Notes: generated from the letters alone by a model not told the origin. A DNA stretch of 64,000 nt from an uncultured Candidatus Rokubacteria bacterium (GCA_963762145.1 CAVXJS010000021.1:288001-352000), one strand, 5' to 3'. Shown: positions 11,034 to 22,203, counted from the first letter of the stretch. Numbers and translations are program-made.

Positions 11034-11708
11034 ATGGCCGGCACGATGGTCGAGTTCCCCAGCAACGGGCACACCGCGAAGGGCTATCTGGCCACTCCCG
11101 CCTCCGGCAAGGGCCCGGGCGTCCTCGTCATCCAGGAGTGGTGGGGCCTGGTGGGCCACATCAAGAACGTGTGTGATCGCTTCGCGGCCGCCGGCTTCTC
11201 GGCACTGGCCCCCGATCTCTACCATGGCCAGACCGCGACCGAGCCGGACGCGGCGGGCAAGCTCTTCATGGCCTTGAACATCGAGCGGGCCGAGAAGGAT
11301 CTCTCGGGCGCCGCGAAGTACCTGGCCGGCCATTCCTCGACGGCCAAGCTCGGGGCGGTGGGCTTCTGCATGGGCGGACAGCTCGCCCTCTTCGCCGGTT
11401 GCACGAACGCGAACGTGGGCGCGGTGGTGGACTTCTACGGCATCCACCCAAACGTCAAGCCGGACTACACCAAGCTGAGCGGCCCCGTGCTGGGGCTCTT
11501 CGCCGAGAAGGACGGCTTCGTGACGCCGCAGACCGCCCGCGAGGTGGAGGCCGCCATCAAGAAGGCGGGCAAGACGGTCGAGATCAACATCTATCCGGGA
11601 GTGGACCACGGCTTCTTCAACGACGAGCGGGCCGACGTCTACAACAAGCCCGCCGCCGAGGACGCCTGGCGCCGCACCCTGGACCTGTTCAAGAAACACC
11701 TGAAATAG
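11034..11708 (+). CDS. Dienelactone hydrolase family protein
   Basis: VIQEWWGL, ALAPDLY, GFCMGG nucleophile motif, HGFFN; AGGAG SD. Confidence 0.9.
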   Translation: MAGTMVEFPSNGHTAKGYLATPASGKGPGVLVIQEWWGLVGHIKNVCDRFAAAGFSALAPDLYHGQTATEPDAAGKLFMALNIERAEKDLSGAAKYLAGHSSTAKLGAVGFCMGGQLALFAGCTNANVGAVVDFYGIHPNVKPDYTKLSGPVLGLFAEKDGFVTPQTAREVEAAIKKAGKTVEINIYPGVDHGFFNDERADVYNKPAAEDAWRRTLDLFKKHLK

Positions 11709-11726
11709 ACCGAGGGAGCGCAACAG

Positions 11727-11827
11727 GCAGCAAACGGGAGTCCGCAGACTGGGGGAGTGCGGGGGCCATTTCTGGGCCCCCGCATTTCAACAGAGCCTAA
11801 AGAACTAAACGGAAGACAGCGGAACGG
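11727..11827 (+). repeat. ~100-nt hairpin-containing intergenic repeat, copy A; hairpin may terminate the DLH gene
   Basis: 10-bp stem TGCGGGGGCC-ATTTCTG-GGCCCCCGCA (11758-11784) followed by TTT; aligns with the reverse complement of 41752-41850. Confidence 0.8.
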
Positions 11828-11861
11828 AAGACACCGGAACGGCACACAGCAGAAAGGCAGC
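11808..11861 (+). repeat. 15-bp tandem repeat, about 3.5 units
   Basis: AACGGAAGACAGCGG AACGGAAGACACCGG AACGGCACACAGCAG AAAGGCAGC. Confidence 0.8.
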
Positions 11862-11872
11862 CCGCAACACCA

Positions 11873-12367
11873 CTACCCCGCCGCGGCAGCCGCCTTCTTG
11901 CGCCGGCCCTTGGCTGCGCCCGCGGAGGCCTCACCCTTGCCGGCCTTCTTGTCTTCCTTGGGCGCCTTCTCGGCCTTGGCGTCCTTCTTCCCCTTCTCCT
12001 TGGGCTCTTCGGGCCGATCCACCAGCTCCAGCACCACCATCTGCGCGCGATCGCCGGGCCGCAGGCCCGCCTTCATGATGCGCGTGTAGCCGCCGTGCCG
12101 CTCGCTGAAGCGGGCCGCGATCGTGTCGAAGAGCTTCTTCACCACGACCGCGTCCGGCACCATGCTCAGCACCTGCCGGCGCGCGTGCAGGTCGTCGCGC
12201 TTGGCGAGGGTCACCATGTGGTCGGCGAGGCCGCGGACCGCCTTGGCCTTGGCCTCGGTGGTCATGATGCGCTCGTGCCGGAAGAGGGCGACGAGCAGGT
12301 TCCGGAACAGCGCCCAGCGGTGAGCGGTGACCCGCCCGAGCTTGAAGCCCGCCTTGCCGTGCCTCAT
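11873..12367 (-). CDS. rplQ: 50S ribosomal protein L17 with Lys/Ala-rich C-terminal tail
   Basis: [25 protein letters not shown]. Confidence 0.97.
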   Translation of the reverse strand: MRHGKAGFKLGRVTAHRWALFRNLLVALFRHERIMTTEAKAKAVRGLADHMVTLAKRDDLHARRQVLSMVPDAVVVKKLFDTIAARFSERHGGYTRIMKAGLRPGDRAQMVVLELVDRPEEPKEKGKKDAKAEKAPKEDKKAGKGEASAGAAKGRRKKAAAAAG

Positions 12368-13350
12368 TTCGTCCCTCCGCGGCCGATCGCGCCCAGCAGA
12401 TTCGGATCGATGCGCATGCCGAGCGACAGTCCAAGCGCCGCGAGCGCGATCTTGATCTCCTCGATCGACTTGGAGCCGAGGTTCTTGACCGACTCGAGAT
12501 CCTCGTCGGTCTTCTGGACCAGGTCCGCGACCATCAGGATCTCGTGGTTCTTCAGCGCGTTGATCGCCCGCGCGGGGAGCGGCAGCTCCTCGAGCGGCTT
12601 GGAGAGGCTCTCCTGCAGGAAGCCCTCGCCGGTGGCCTCCACCTCTTCCTCCTCCTCCTCGCGCCCCTCGGGAGCCAGGTGAGAGAAGTGCGACTGTAGG
12701 TGCCGCGCCGCCCGCGACAGCGCGTCGTCGGGAGATACCGCTCCGTTGGTCCAGATCTCGAGGATGAGCTTCTCGTAGTCGGTGACCTTGCCGAGCCGCG
12801 CGTTCTCCACCCCGTAGGCCACGCGCTGGATCGGCGAGAAGGCCGAGTCTAGCGCGATCGCGCCGTCGGGCACGGTTCCCGCGAGATGCCGGTCGGCCGC
12901 CACGTAGCCGCGGCCCGCTCCGATTCCGAGGTCAATCGCGAGACTGGCGCCCGCGGCCAGCGTCGCGATGTGGATCTCCGGGTTCAGCACCTCGACGCCG
13001 CTCGCCTCCGATACGTCGGCCCCGGTGACCTGCTTGGGCCCGGTCGCCTCCAGCCGGGTCTCGGTCGGCTCGCCGGAGGGAACGCTCACCGCCAGCTTCT
13101 TCACGTTCAGCAGCACGTCGGTCGTGTCTTCCTGCACGCCGGGGATCTGGGTCCCCATGTCCTTCACCCCCGGGATCCGAACCCACGACACCGCCGAGCC
13201 CGGCACGATGGCCAGGAGGGTGCGGCGCAGGGAATGCCCGACGGTGAGGGCGTAACCCTTCTCGAACGGCTCGGCTACCAGCCGCCCGTAGCGATCGGAG
13301 AGAATCTCCCACTGGATCGACTTCGGCTTCTGAAACGGCGTTCTGGCCAT
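12364..13350 (-). CDS. rpoA: RNA polymerase alpha subunit (divergent)
   Basis: Position between rpsD and rplQ; SLRRTLL, GRGYV, FSPI, TDYEKL, alpha-CTD NLGSKS; ATG at 13350. Confidence 0.92.
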   Translation of the reverse strand: MARTPFQKPKSIQWEILSDRYGRLVAEPFEKGYALTVGHSLRRTLLAIVPGSAVSWVRIPGVKDMGTQIPGVQEDTTDVLLNVKKLAVSVPSGEPTETRLEATGPKQVTGADVSEASGVEVLNPEIHIATLAAGASLAIDLGIGAGRGYVAADRHLAGTVPDGAIALDSAFSPIQRVAYGVENARLGKVTDYEKLILEIWTNGAVSPDDALSRAARHLQSHFSHLAPEGREEEEEEVEATGEGFLQESLSKPLEELPLPARAINALKNHEILMVADLVQKTDEDLESVKNLGSKSIEEIKIALAALGLSLGMRIDPNLLGAIGRGGTK

Positions 13351-13378
13351 ATGCCCCTTCTGGCGGCGAGTCCGCCGC

Positions 13379-14002
13379 CTACTTCGAGAACAACTCGACG
13401 ATGAGCTGCTCCTGCACCGGGATCTGGATGTCCTCCCGCAGCGGAAGCCCACGCACCGTGCCCTTCTTCTCGTTGATGTCCAGGTCCAGCCACGGCGGTA
13501 CCGGCGAGCGCCCCGCCCCGAGGTTGTCGGCGACCCGCTCCTGCATCTTCGAGGTCGTCCGCAGCTGGACCACCTCACCCACCTTGACGATGAAGGACGG
13601 GATCGACACCTTCCGCCCGTTCACCTGGATGTGGCCGTGGCCGATCATCTGCCGGGCCTCCCGGCGGGACGCGGCCATCCCGAGGCGGAACACCACGTTG
13701 TCGAGACGTCGCTCGAGGAACTTGAGCAGGTTCTCACCGGTGATGCCCTTCTCGGCTTCGGCCCACGCGAAGTAGCGGCGGAACTGGGCCTCCAGCACGC
13801 CGTAGATGCGCTTGGCCTTCTGCTTCTCCCGGAGCTGGATGCCGTACTGCGTCGGCTTCGTGCGCCCCAGGCCGTGCTGGCCGGGCGGATAGTTCCTCCG
13901 CTCGATCGCGCACTTGTCGGTGAAGCAGCGAGAGCCCTTCAGGAACAGCTTGATGCCTTCACGCCGGCACTGCCGGCAAACGGCGGCTCGATATCGTGCC
14001 AC
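13379..14002 (-). CDS. rpsD: 30S ribosomal protein S4 (zinc-binding type)
   Basis: [23 protein letters not shown]. Confidence 0.97.
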   Translation of the reverse strand: MARYRAAVCRQCRREGIKLFLKGSRCFTDKCAIERRNYPPGQHGLGRTKPTQYGIQLREKQKAKRIYGVLEAQFRRYFAWAEAEKGITGENLLKFLERRLDNVVFRLGMAASRREARQMIGHGHIQVNGRKVSIPSFIVKVGEVVQLRTTSKMQERVADNLGAGRSPVPPWLDLDINEKKGTVRGLPLREDIQIPVQEQLIVELFSK

Positions 14003-14014
14003 TTACGTCTCCTC

Positions 14015-14443
14015 CTACACGCGTCGCCGCTTGGGCGGCCGGCAGCCGTTGTGCGGAATCGGGGTCACGTCACGGATGGCGGTGATCTCCAGGCCCACCG
14101 CCTGGAGCGAGCGGATGGCCGCCTCGCGCCCGGCTCCCGGGCCGCGCACGAACACCTCCACCTGCTTGAGGCCCACTTCCATCGCCTTGCGGGCCGCGTT
14201 CTCGGCCGCGGTCTGGGCCGCGAAGGGCGTGCTCTTGCGGGAGCCCTTGAAGCCCACGCTGCCCGCGCTCGCCCACGAGACCACGTTGCCCATCTTGTCG
14301 GTCAGGGTCACGATCGTGTTGTTGAAGGTGGCCTGCACGTGGGCGATGCCCACGCGGACCTCCTTGCGCTCCCGCTTGCGCCCGCCCTTCCGGGGCGCAA
14401 CCGAGGCTTTCTCGTCCGGCTTCTGTTCCGCGGCGTCGGCCAT
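14015..14443 (-). CDS. rpsK: 30S ribosomal protein S11
   Basis: [30 protein letters not shown]. Confidence 0.97.
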   Translation of the reverse strand: MADAAEQKPDEKASVAPRKGGRKRERKEVRVGIAHVQATFNNTIVTLTDKMGNVVSWASAGSVGFKGSRKSTPFAAQTAAENAARKAMEVGLKQVEVFVRGPGAGREAAIRSLQAVGLEITAIRDVTPIPHNGCRPPKRRRV

Positions 14444-14455
14444 CGACTCGGCTCC

Positions 14456-14860
14456 TTACTTTTTCGGCGGCGCGGATGGCGCGGCGGCCACCGGCTTCTT
14501 CTTCACCATCACGCCCTTGCTCTTGCCCTTGCGCGTGCGCGCGTTCGTGTGGGTCCGCTGCCCCCGAACCGGCAGGCCCTTGCGATGCCGGATGCCGCGG
14601 TAGCTTCCGATGTCCATCAGGCGCTTCACGCTCATCGAGACTTCGCGGCGAAGGTCACCCTCGACCTTGTATTCGCGCTCGATGATGTCGCGCACCCGAC
14701 CCGTCTCCTCGTCCGACCAGCTCTTGACCCGCTTGTCGGGATCCACCCGGGCATCGGCGAAGATCTTCCTCGAGGACGGGATCCCGATCCCGTAGATGTA
14801 CTGGACCGCGATCTGTCCCCGCTTGTCCCGCGGCAGGTCGACTCCGGCGATACGTGCCAT
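14456..14860 (-). CDS. rpsM: 30S ribosomal protein S13
   Basis: [28 protein letters not shown]. Confidence 0.97.
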   Translation of the reverse strand: MARIAGVDLPRDKRGQIAVQYIYGIGIPSSRKIFADARVDPDKRVKSWSDEETGRVRDIIEREYKVEGDLRREVSMSVKRLMDIGSYRGIRHRKGLPVRGQRTHTNARTRKGKSKGVMVKKKPVAAAPSAPPKK

Positions 14861-14868
14861 GGTGGCTC

Positions 14869-14982
14869 CTATCCCTGGCGCTGCTTGTGGCGCGGGTTGG
14901 TGCAGATGATCCGCACGACACCTTCGCGGCGGACGACCTTGCAGTGCTCGCACCGAACCTTGATCGATGGACGTACTTTCAT
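14869..14982 (-). CDS. rpmJ: 50S ribosomal protein L36 (not in the ORF track)
   Basis: Manual translation [37 protein letters not shown]; GAGGAG SD. Confidence 0.97.
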   Translation of the reverse strand: MKVRPSIKVRCEHCKVVRREGVVRIICTNPRHKQRQG

Positions 14983-15044
14983 ATGCTCCTCGGGCTTCTT
15001 ACCCTTGCCCCTCTATGCCAAACTCGAACACCTACCAACCCGTT

Positions 15045-15263
15045 CTATTTGAATCTGTAAGTGATCCGGCCGCGGGTGAGGTCGTAGGGCGACAGCTCCA
15101 CCTTCACCTTGTCGCCCGGCAGGATGCGGATGAAGTTCATCCGCATCTTGCCCGACACGTGGGCCAGCACCCGGTGACCATTCTCCAGCTCCACCCGGAA
15201 CATCGCGTTGGGCAGCGGCTCCACCACCGTGCCCTCCACCTCGATCGCATCTTCCTTGGCCAT
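15045..15263 (-). CDS. infA: Translation initiation factor IF-1
   Basis: [24 protein letters not shown]. Confidence 0.97.
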   Translation of the reverse strand: MAKEDAIEVEGTVVEPLPNAMFRVELENGHRVLAHVSGKMRMNFIRILPGDKVKVELSPYDLTRGRITYRFK

Positions 15264-15279
15264 GGACTCGCGTTCCCCT

Positions 15280-16041
15280 CTAGGCCGCGCGATCCAGTCG
15301 CGTCAGCACCTCGGGGCCCGCGTCCGTGATGGCGATGGTGTCCTCGAAATGCGCGGCCCAGCTCCCGTCGGCGGTCACCGCCGTCCAGCGATCCTCCAGC
15401 ACGCGCACCTCCCAGGAGCCCATCGTGATCATGGGCTCGATGGCCAGCACCATGCCGGTCTTGATCACCGGGCCCCGGCCCGCATCCCCGAAATTGGGGA
15501 TCTGCGGCTCCTCGTGGAGATTCCGCCCGATCCCGTGGCCAACGAAGGCACGCACGACCCCGAAGCCGTGGCTCTCGCAGTGGGTCTGCACCGCGTGGGA
15601 GACGTCGCCCAGCCGGTTGCCGGGGCGGCACTGCACGATCGCCTTGTCCAGGCTCTCCTGGGTCACGTCCAGGAGCTCCTGAACCCGCGGGGCCACCGGC
15701 CCCACCGGGAGCGTGATCGCGCAGTCCGCGTAGTACCCTTCGACGATACACCCGAGGTCCAGCCCCACGATGTCCCCTTCGCGCAGCTTCCGCTTGGACG
15801 ACGGAATGCCGTGCACCACTTCCTCGTTGATCGAGATGCAGACGGTGGCCGGGAATCCGCGGTAGCCCTTGAAGGCCGAGGCCGCGCCGCGCGAGACGAT
15901 GAAGGCCTCCACGTCGGCATCGATCTCCTTGGTGGAGATCCCGGGCTTGACCATCACGCGCAGGCGGTCCTTGACCTCGGCGAGGATCCGCCCGGCCGCC
16001 CGCATGTGGCCGAGCTCGCGCGCCGACTTGAGGAGGATCAC
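15280..16041 (-). CDS. map: Methionine aminopeptidase type I
   Basis: [28 protein letters not shown]; GTGA overlap with adk. Confidence 0.95.
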   Translation of the reverse strand: MILLKSARELGHMRAAGRILAEVKDRLRVMVKPGISTKEIDADVEAFIVSRGAASAFKGYRGFPATVCISINEEVVHGIPSSKRKLREGDIVGLDLGCIVEGYYADCAITLPVGPVAPRVQELLDVTQESLDKAIVQCRPGNRLGDVSHAVQTHCESHGFGVVRAFVGHGIGRNLHEEPQIPNFGDAGRGPVIKTGMVLAIEPMITMGSWEVRVLEDRWTAVTADGSWAAHFEDTIAITDAGPEVLTRLDRAA

Positions 16042-16697
16042 GAAGCCACCGGCTCCTCGACCGCCTTCCGGATCGCCTCGGCCACCCGATCCACCGGGCC
16101 CTCGCCGGCCACGCGCACCAGCAGGCCGCGGTTGCGGTAGTAGTCGAGCAGCGGCGCGGTCTGGGTCTGGTAGACGTCGAGCCGGCGTCCCACCGTGGCC
16201 TCCGCATCGTCGTCCCGCTGGTAGAGCTCGCCGCCGCACTGATCGCACCGGCCGGCCACCTTCGGCGGGGCCGAGACGAGGTGAAAGGCGGTGCCGCACT
16301 GCCGGCAGACCCGGCGCCCGGTCAGGCGGCGCACCAGCTCATCGCGCGAGACGTCGAAGAAGACCACCCGGTCGAGATCCTGGCCGAGTCGCCGCAGCAG
16401 CGTATCGAGGGCCTCGGCCTGGGGCACGGTGCGCGGGAAGCCGTCGAGCACGTAGCCCGGGCGCGCATCGGGTCGCGACAGGCGCTCGTCCACCAGACCG
16501 ATCACGACCTCGTCGGGCACCAGCGCGCCCTGGTCCATGAAGCGCTTGGCCTCGCGCCCGAGCGGCGTACCCGCGGCCACCGCCTCGCGGAGCATGTCCC
16601 CGGTGGCGACCTGGGGCACGCCGGAGCCCGCGGCCAGCCGCCGGGCCTGGGTGCCCTTGCCCGCGCCGGGGGCGCCGAGGAAGATCACGCGGCTCAT
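16038..16697 (-). CDS. adk: Adenylate kinase with zinc-binding LID
   Basis: GAPGAGKGTQA, LDGFPRT, CRQC...CDQC. Confidence 0.97.
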   Translation of the reverse strand: MSRVIFLGAPGAGKGTQARRLAAGSGVPQVATGDMLREAVAAGTPLGREAKRFMDQGALVPDEVVIGLVDERLSRPDARPGYVLDGFPRTVPQAEALDTLLRRLGQDLDRVVFFDVSRDELVRRLTGRRVCRQCGTAFHLVSAPPKVAGRCDQCGGELYQRDDDAEATVGRRLDVYQTQTAPLLDYYRNRGLLVRVAGEGPVDRVAEAIRKAVEEPVAS

Positions 16698-18004
16698 GCG
16701 CCCTTGGCCTTCTTGCGCAGGAAGCCTTCGTAGTTGCGCATCAGCAGATGGGATTCCATCTGGCGCACCGTATCAAGCGCGACGCCGACCACGATCAGCA
16801 GGCTGGTCCCGCCGAAGTAGAACGGGGTGTTGAACCACTGGATCAGGAAGTCGGGAAGCACCGAGATCAAAGCCAGGAACATCGCTCCCGGCAGCGTGAT
16901 GCGGGTCAGCGTCCGGTCGATGTACTCTGCGGTCTTCTTGCCCGGTCGCACCCCGGGGATGAACCCGCCGTACTTCTTCATGTTGTCGGCGAGATCGACC
17001 GGGTTGAAGACGATCGCGGTGTAGAAGTAGGCGAAGAAGATGATCAGGGCGCAGTAGAGAACGGTGTAGGTGAAGTGCCCGGGCGACAGGGCCTCCGAGA
17101 TGTACTGCATCCACGGATGGTGGATGAAGCGCGTCAGGGTCGCCGGGAACAGGATCAGCGAGGAGGCGAAGATGACCGGGATGACCCCCGCGGTATTGAT
17201 GCGGAGCGGGATGTGGGTGGACTGCCCCCCGTACATCCGCCGCCCCACCACGCGCTTGGCGTACTGCACCGGAATCTTTCGTTGCCCCTCCTGCATCACC
17301 ACGACCGCCGCGGTCACCGCCACCATCATGATGATCAGGCCCAGAAACACGAAGAGCTTGAGCTCGCCGGTGGAGATGAGGGTGTACGACGACACGATCG
17401 CCGAGGGCAGCCGAACCACGATGCCCGCGAAGATGATGAGGGAGATCCCGTTGCCGATTCCCTTCTCGGAGATCTGCTCGCCCAGCCACATGATCAGCGC
17501 GGTCCCGGTGGTCAGGGTCAGCATGGTCAGGAGCCGGAAGCCCCAGCCCGGATCCGGGACGAGGACCGCGCCGGTCTGGCTCCGCATGCTCTCGAGACCC
17601 ACCGCGATGCCGAACGACTGCACGAGCGAGAGCCCGATGGTGCCGTAGCGCGTGTACTGGGTGATCTTCTTCTTGCCCGCCTCGCCTTCCTTGGCGAGGC
17701 GCTCGAGCGCGGGGATGACCACCGTGAGGAGCTGCAGGATGATCGACGCCGAGATGTACGGCATGATCCCGAGCGCGAACACGGTGAGCCGGCGCAGGTT
17801 GCCTCCCGAGAAGAGGTCCACCATGCCAAGCAGCGTGCCCTGTACCTGGTTGAAGAACTCCGCGAGGGCCGCCGCGTCGATGCCCGGAGTGGGCACGTGG
17901 GCGCCCAGCCGGTAAGCGGCGAGGAGCACCAGCGTCATGATGACGCGGCGCTTGAGCTCCGGAACCTTGAAGATGTTCTGGAAGCTCTGCAGCCCTTCGA
18001 TCAC
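16694..18004 (-). CDS. secY: Preprotein translocase SecY
   Basis: [35 protein letters not shown]; GTG start at 18004. Confidence 0.97.
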   Translation of the reverse strand: MIEGLQSFQNIFKVPELKRRVIMTLVLLAAYRLGAHVPTPGIDAAALAEFFNQVQGTLLGMVDLFSGGNLRRLTVFALGIMPYISASIILQLLTVVIPALERLAKEGEAGKKKITQYTRYGTIGLSLVQSFGIAVGLESMRSQTGAVLVPDPGWGFRLLTMLTLTTGTALIMWLGEQISEKGIGNGISLIIFAGIVVRLPSAIVSSYTLISTGELKLFVFLGLIIMMVAVTAAVVVMQEGQRKIPVQYAKRVVGRRMYGGQSTHIPLRINTAGVIPVIFASSLILFPATLTRFIHHPWMQYISEALSPGHFTYTVLYCALIIFFAYFYTAIVFNPVDLADNMKKYGGFIPGVRPGKKTAEYIDRTLTRITLPGAMFLALISVLPDFLIQWFNTPFYFGGTSLLIVVGVALDTVRQMESHLLMRNYEGFLRKKAKGA

Positions 18005-18477
18005 TTGCGGGTCCCCGCGCCCTTGGCGGGCATCGCCTCGACGCGCCCACCCGCCGCCTCGAGCTTCTGCTTGGCCGCCCCGCTGACCTTGTGGACGCGC
18101 ACCGTGAGGGCGTGCGCGACGTCGCCGTCGCCCAGGACCTTGACCGCGCCCCGGCCCGACTTGCGGATCAGCCCGTTCATCACCAGCGTCTCCGGATCCA
18201 CGACGCTCCCCGCCGCGAAGCGGGTGGAGAGCTCGCCGACGTTGACGATGGCAAACTCGGTCTTGCCCCCGTAGGGCAGGAAGCCGCGCTTGGGCAGCCG
18301 GCGGTAGAGGGGCATCTGGCCGCCCTCGAAGCCCGGCCGCGCTCCGCCGCCGGACCGCGCCTTGAGTCCCTTGTGGCCCTTGCCCGACGTCTTGCCGTGG
18401 CCGGACCCCGGACCGCGGCCGATCCGCTTGCGCTTCTTGGTGGATCCCGGCGCCGGCTTCAGATCCTCGAGTCTCAT
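18001..18477 (-). CDS. rplO: 50S ribosomal protein L15
   Basis: [26 protein letters not shown]. Confidence 0.97.
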   Translation of the reverse strand: MRLEDLKPAPGSTKKRKRIGRGPGSGHGKTSGKGHKGLKARSGGGARPGFEGGQMPLYRRLPKRGFLPYGGKTEFAIVNVGELSTRFAAGSVVDPETLVMNGLIRKSGRGAVKVLGDGDVAHALTVRVHKVSGAAKQKLEAAGGRVEAMPAKGAGTRK

Positions 18478-18743
18478 GACTGTTTCCTCGATCCGCTCGG
18501 CTCGATCCCTCTATTCGCTCGGCTCGCCTTCGGCTCACCTTGCTCTGCCCCGGCTGCGCCTCGCCCTTCTTCTACCTTGATGGCGAATACCACGTGGCTG
18601 ATCATGCCGCGGATGGTGGGCGTGTCGTCGTGCTCCACGCTCTGGCGGATGTGACGCAGACCGAGGGCGTGCACGGTGGCCTCCTGCTTCGGGGAGAGCC
18701 CGATGATGCTCCTCACCAACGTCACCCTAAGCTTCTTTGCCAC
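18474..18743 (-). CDS. rpmD: 50S ribosomal protein L30 with ~30-aa repeat-derived C-terminal extension
   Basis: [23 protein letters not shown]; GTG start with GGAGGT SD. Confidence 0.93.
   Translation of the reverse strand: MAKKLRVTLVRSIIGLSPKQEATVHALGLRHIRQSVEHDDTPTIRGMISHVVFAIKVEEGRGAAGAEQGEPKASRANRGIEPSGSRKQS
18494..18566 (-). repeat. Dispersed repeat family 1, composite copy inside the rpmD 3' end
   Basis: Plus strand CGCTCGGCTCGATC..TATTCGCTCGGCTCGCCTTCGGCT..CGGCTGCGCCTCGCCC. Confidence 0.85.
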
Positions 18744-19257
18744 CGGCCACCTCCTGCGCTTCACCTTCCATGGACCGCCGCCGCGCCGCGTACGTGGACT
18801 GCAGCCGCTTCAGGCGCCGGAACGCGTCCATCGTCGCCTTCAACACGTTGTGCGGGTTGTTGGTGCCGAGCGTCTTGGTGAGGATGTCCTGCACCCCCGC
18901 CGCCTCCAGCACCGGACGCACCGCTCCGCCCGCGATGACCCCTGTTCCCTGCGCGGCCGGCTTGAGATACACGCGCGCGGCCCCGAAGTGCCCGGTGATC
19001 TCACACGGAATCGTCGTGTTCTTGAGGGGCACCAGCAGCAAGTCCTTCTTGGCGTGCTCGACCGACTTGCGGATAGCCTCGGGAACCTCGCGGGCCTTGC
19101 CGAGCCCGACCCCCACGTGCCCCTGCCCGTCGCCCACCACCACCAGAGCCGTGAACGAGAACCGCCGGCCACCCTTGACCACCTTGGCCACCCGGTTGAT
19201 GGCAACCACCCGGTCGGTCAGGTCCAGTGAATTCGGATCAATCCGCGCTTCCGCCAC
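18727..19257 (-). CDS. rpsE: 30S ribosomal protein S5
   Basis: [24 protein letters not shown]. Confidence 0.97.
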   Translation of the reverse strand: MAEARIDPNSLDLTDRVVAINRVAKVVKGGRRFSFTALVVVGDGQGHVGVGLGKAREVPEAIRKSVEHAKKDLLLVPLKNTTIPCEITGHFGAARVYLKPAAQGTGVIAGGAVRPVLEAAGVQDILTKTLGTNNPHNVLKATMDAFRRLKRLQSTYAARRRSMEGEAQEVAGGKEA

Positions 19258-19271
19258 TCGGTGCTCCTCTC

Positions 19272-19637
19272 CTAGAACGCAAGGCCGGCGGCGCGCGCCG
19301 CCTCGGCCAGGGCCTTCACACGCCCGTGGTACTGGTAGCCGCCGCGATCGAACACGACCTGCGTGATGCCGTGCGCCTTCGCGCGCTGGGCCAGCAGCTC
19401 TCCCACGATCTTGGCCGCGGCCACGTTGCCCCCCGCCTTCGCCTTCTGGCGGAAGTCGGGAGCACGGCTGTCCACCGCGGCAAGCGTGCGACCGGTGGTG
19501 TCGTCCACGACCTGGGCGTAGATGTGGTTCAGGCTCCGGAACACGGCGAGCCGCGGCCGCTCCGCGGTGCCGATCACCCGCGCGCGGATGCGGAGGTGCC
19601 GCACCTTCCGCCCCTGGACCTTCTGTCCGGTCAGCAT
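19272..19637 (-). CDS. rplR: 50S ribosomal protein L18
   Basis: [22 protein letters not shown]. Confidence 0.97.
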   Translation of the reverse strand: MLTGQKVQGRKVRHLRIRARVIGTAERPRLAVFRSLNHIYAQVVDDTTGRTLAAVDSRAPDFRQKAKAGGNVAAAKIVGELLAQRAKAHGITQVVFDRGGYQYHGRVKALAEAARAAGLAF

Positions 19638-20179
19638 TACTTGGCCCCCGCCTTCTTGCCCACTTTTCTCCGGATGTGCTCGTCCGCGTACTTGATGCCC
19701 TTGCCCTTGTAGGGATCCGGCTTCCGCAAGGCCCGCAGCTTGGCCGCGGTCTGGCCCAGCAGGGCCTTGTCGGCGCCCCGCAGGGTGATCGAGACCTGCC
19801 GCTCCACCTCCGCCTGGATGCCCTCGGGAAGCGGGAAGATGACGGGGTGCGAGTACCCGAGGGCGAGCTGCAGGGCCTTGCCCTGGAGCTGGCAGCGATA
19901 ACCGATCCCGACGATCTCGAGCTTCCGCTCGAAGCCGTCCTTGACCCCGGTCACCATGTTGAAGATCAGCGACCGCGTCAGCCCGTGCAGGGCGCGGACG
20001 TTGCGATGGTCGGAGTCCCGGGCGACGGTGAGGACGTTGGAGTCCATCGACACCGAGACCCCGGACGGGATCGACTGGCTCAGCTTGCCCTTGGGCCCCT
20101 CCGCCTTCACGGTGGCGCCTTCCAGCGCGACCTTGACTCCCTGGGGGACCGGAATGGGCTTCTTACCGATTCGCGACAT
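19637..20179 (-). CDS. rplF: 50S ribosomal protein L6
   Basis: [18 protein letters not shown]. Confidence 0.97.
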   Translation of the reverse strand: MSRIGKKPIPVPQGVKVALEGATVKAEGPKGKLSQSIPSGVSVSMDSNVLTVARDSDHRNVRALHGLTRSLIFNMVTGVKDGFERKLEIVGIGYRCQLQGKALQLALGYSHPVIFPLPEGIQAEVERQVSITLRGADKALLGQTAAKLRALRKPDPYKGKGIKYADEHIRRKVGKKAGAK

Positions 20180-20193
20180 GGCTCGGGTCACTC

Positions 20194-20586
20194 CTACCAG
20201 ACGTAGGCCAGCACTTCGCCGCCCAGGTGCTGCTTGCGCACCTGGCGGTCCGTCATCACTCCGGCGGAGGTGGAGAGAATCGCCACCCCCATGCCGCCCA
20301 GAATGGTGGGGATCTTGTCCTTGGTCACGTAGATACGCCGTCCCGGGCGCGACACCCGCACGATCCCGGAGATGATCTTCTCGCTGCCCACGTACTTGAG
20401 GTACACGCGCAGCGTGCCCTGCTTGTTGTCCTCGATGATCCGGAAGTTCTTGATGAACCCCTCGTCCTTCAGGATCTCGGCCATCCGCAGCTTGAGCTTC
20501 GACGACGGGATGTCCACCTTCTCATGCTCGGCGCGGCTCGCGTTGCGGATGCGCGTGAGGAAGTCGGCGATCGGATCGCTGTACAT
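20194..20586 (-). CDS. rpsH: 30S ribosomal protein S8
   Basis: [30 protein letters not shown]. Confidence 0.97.
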   Translation of the reverse strand: MYSDPIADFLTRIRNASRAEHEKVDIPSSKLKLRMAEILKDEGFIKNFRIIEDNKQGTLRVYLKYVGSEKIISGIVRVSRPGRRIYVTKDKIPTILGGMGVAILSTSAGVMTDRQVRKQHLGGEVLAYVW

Positions 20587-20590
20587 GGCG

Positions 20591-20776
20591 CTACCAGCTC
20601 GCCTTGATCACGCCGGGCACCTCGCCCTTGAGCGCGAGCTCTCGGAAGCAGATCCGGCACGTCTGGAACTTACGCAGGAAGCCGCGGGGCCGGCCGCAGA
20701 TCTTGCAGCGCGTGTAGGCGCGCGACTTGAACTTCGGCGGACGCTGCTGCTTCATGATGAGCGAGGTCTTGGCCAT
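20591..20776 (-). CDS. rpsN: 30S ribosomal protein S14 type Z
   Basis: 61 aa, RCKICGR...CRICFRE. Confidence 0.97.
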   Translation of the reverse strand: MAKTSLIMKQQRPPKFKSRAYTRCKICGRPRGFLRKFQTCRICFRELALKGEVPGVIKASW

Positions 20777-20778
20777 GA

Positions 20779-21492
20779 TCAGGCCTCCGCCGTCCGGAAC
20801 GGTACACCCAGGTGCGTCAAAAGGGCCTTCGCTTCCTCGTCGGTGCGCGCGGTCGTGACCATCGTGATATCCATGCCGCGGACCTTGTCCACCTTGTCGT
20901 ACACGATCTCGGGGAAGATGATCTGCTCCTTGAGTCCCATGTTGTAGTTGCCGCGGCCGTCGAAGCCCTTGGGGGGCACGCCCTTGAAATCCCGCACCCG
21001 CGGCAGCGCCACGTTGACGAGCCGGTCCAGGAACTCGTACATGCGCGGCCCGCGCAGAGTCACCTTGCAGCCGATCGGCACGTTCTCGCGCAGCTTGAAG
21101 TTGGCGATCGACTTCTTGGCGCGGGTGACGATCGGCTTCTGGCCCGCGATCGCCTGCAGGTCGGCGGTGGCGAAGTCCAGCACCTTCGCGTTCTCCTTGC
21201 CCTCGCCCACCCCCATGTTGATCACGACCTTCGACAGCCGCGGCACCTGGAACGGATTGCCGTAGCCGCGCTCCTTCATCATGGCCGGGACCACCGCGGT
21301 CCGGAACCGCTCCCGCATCCGGGGAGGCACCGCTCCGCTGACGCTGGCTCGCTTGGCCGGCTGTCCCGGAGCGTCGGTCGCGGGCGCGCCCTTGCCGCCC
21401 TTGGGGCGCGCGGGGGCCTGGCCTCCGCGTCCCGCTGCGGCTCCGCCGCCCTTCCCGCCCCCCGCCTTGTCCGCCTTCTTCGGCTCTGCCAT
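20779..21492 (-). CDS. rplE: 50S ribosomal protein L5 with ~50-aa Gly/Ala/Lys-rich N-terminal extension
   Basis: [33 protein letters not shown]. Confidence 0.95.
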   Translation of the reverse strand: MAEPKKADKAGGGKGGGAAAGRGGQAPARPKGGKGAPATDAPGQPAKRASVSGAVPPRMRERFRTAVVPAMMKERGYGNPFQVPRLSKVVINMGVGEGKENAKVLDFATADLQAIAGQKPIVTRAKKSIANFKLRENVPIGCKVTLRGPRMYEFLDRLVNVALPRVRDFKGVPPKGFDGRGNYNMGLKEQIIFPEIVYDKVDKVRGMDITMVTTARTDEEAKALLTHLGVPFRTAEA

Positions 21493-21499
21493 CACGCCC

Positions 21500-21826
21500 T
21501 CACGCCTTGTCGAGCATCTCGCCCGACCGTCTGGCCACCCGGACCTTCTTGCCGTCGGACAGCGCCTTCATCCCGACGCGGGTCGGCTTGTTGCTGCCGG
21601 GATCCACCAGCATCACGTTGGAGAGGTGGATCGCCCCCTCGCGCTCGATGATCCCGCCCTGCCGGATCTTCTGGGTGGGCTTCTGGTGCTTCTTGATCAT
21701 GTTGATTCGCTCCACCACCACGCGGCCCTTCTCGGGGATCACGCGCAGCACCTTGCCCTTCTTGCCGCGCTCCTTCCCCGCCACCACCACCACCGTGTCG
21801 CCCTTCCGCACGTGCGCGATCGCCAT
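21500..21826 (-). CDS. rplX: 50S ribosomal protein L24
   Basis: [20 protein letters not shown] motif, IHLSNV. Confidence 0.97.
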   Translation of the reverse strand: MAIAHVRKGDTVVVVAGKERGKKGKVLRVIPEKGRVVVERINMIKKHQKPTQKIRQGGIIEREGAIHLSNVMLVDPGSNKPTRVGMKALSDGKKVRVARRSGEMLDKA

Positions 21827-21834
21827 GGCGTCCT

Positions 21835-22203
21835 CTAGATGACCTCGGGGGCGAGGGAGATGATCTTGGTGAACTGCTTGTCCCGCAGCTCCCGCGCCAC
21901 CGGCCCGAAGATGCGCGTGCCCACCGGGTTGTCGTCGGCCTTGAGCAGCACCACCGCGTTCCGGTCGAAGCGGATGTAGGAGCCGTCGCGGCGTCCCACC
22001 TCCTTGACGGTGCGCACCACCACCGCGCGCGCCACCTCGCCCTTCTTCACGGTCCCGTCCGGCACCGCCTCCTTCACCGCCACCACCACCACGTCGCCGA
22101 GGGAGGCGTAGCGCTTGTTGGCGCCCCCCATGACCCGGATGCACTGGACCTTCTTGGCCCCCGAGTTGTCCGCGACGTCGAGCATCGAGCGGGGCTGGAT
22201 CAT
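21835..22203 (-). CDS. rplN: 50S ribosomal protein L14
   Basis: [29 protein letters not shown]. Confidence 0.97.
   Translation of the reverse strand: MIQPRSMLDVADNSGAKKVQCIRVMGGANKRYASLGDVVVVAVKEAVPDGTVKKGEVARAVVVRTVKEVGRRDGSYIRFDRNAVVLLKADDNPVGTRIFGPVARELRDKQFTKIISLAPEVI

Noticed and set aside
12364-13578. Long N-terminal extensions implied by the ORF track for rpoA, secY, murA, ispD, hisB, hisD and others
   Set aside because: Upstream in-frame starts overlap neighbouring genes; starts were reassigned using SD sites and ATGA/GTGA overlaps
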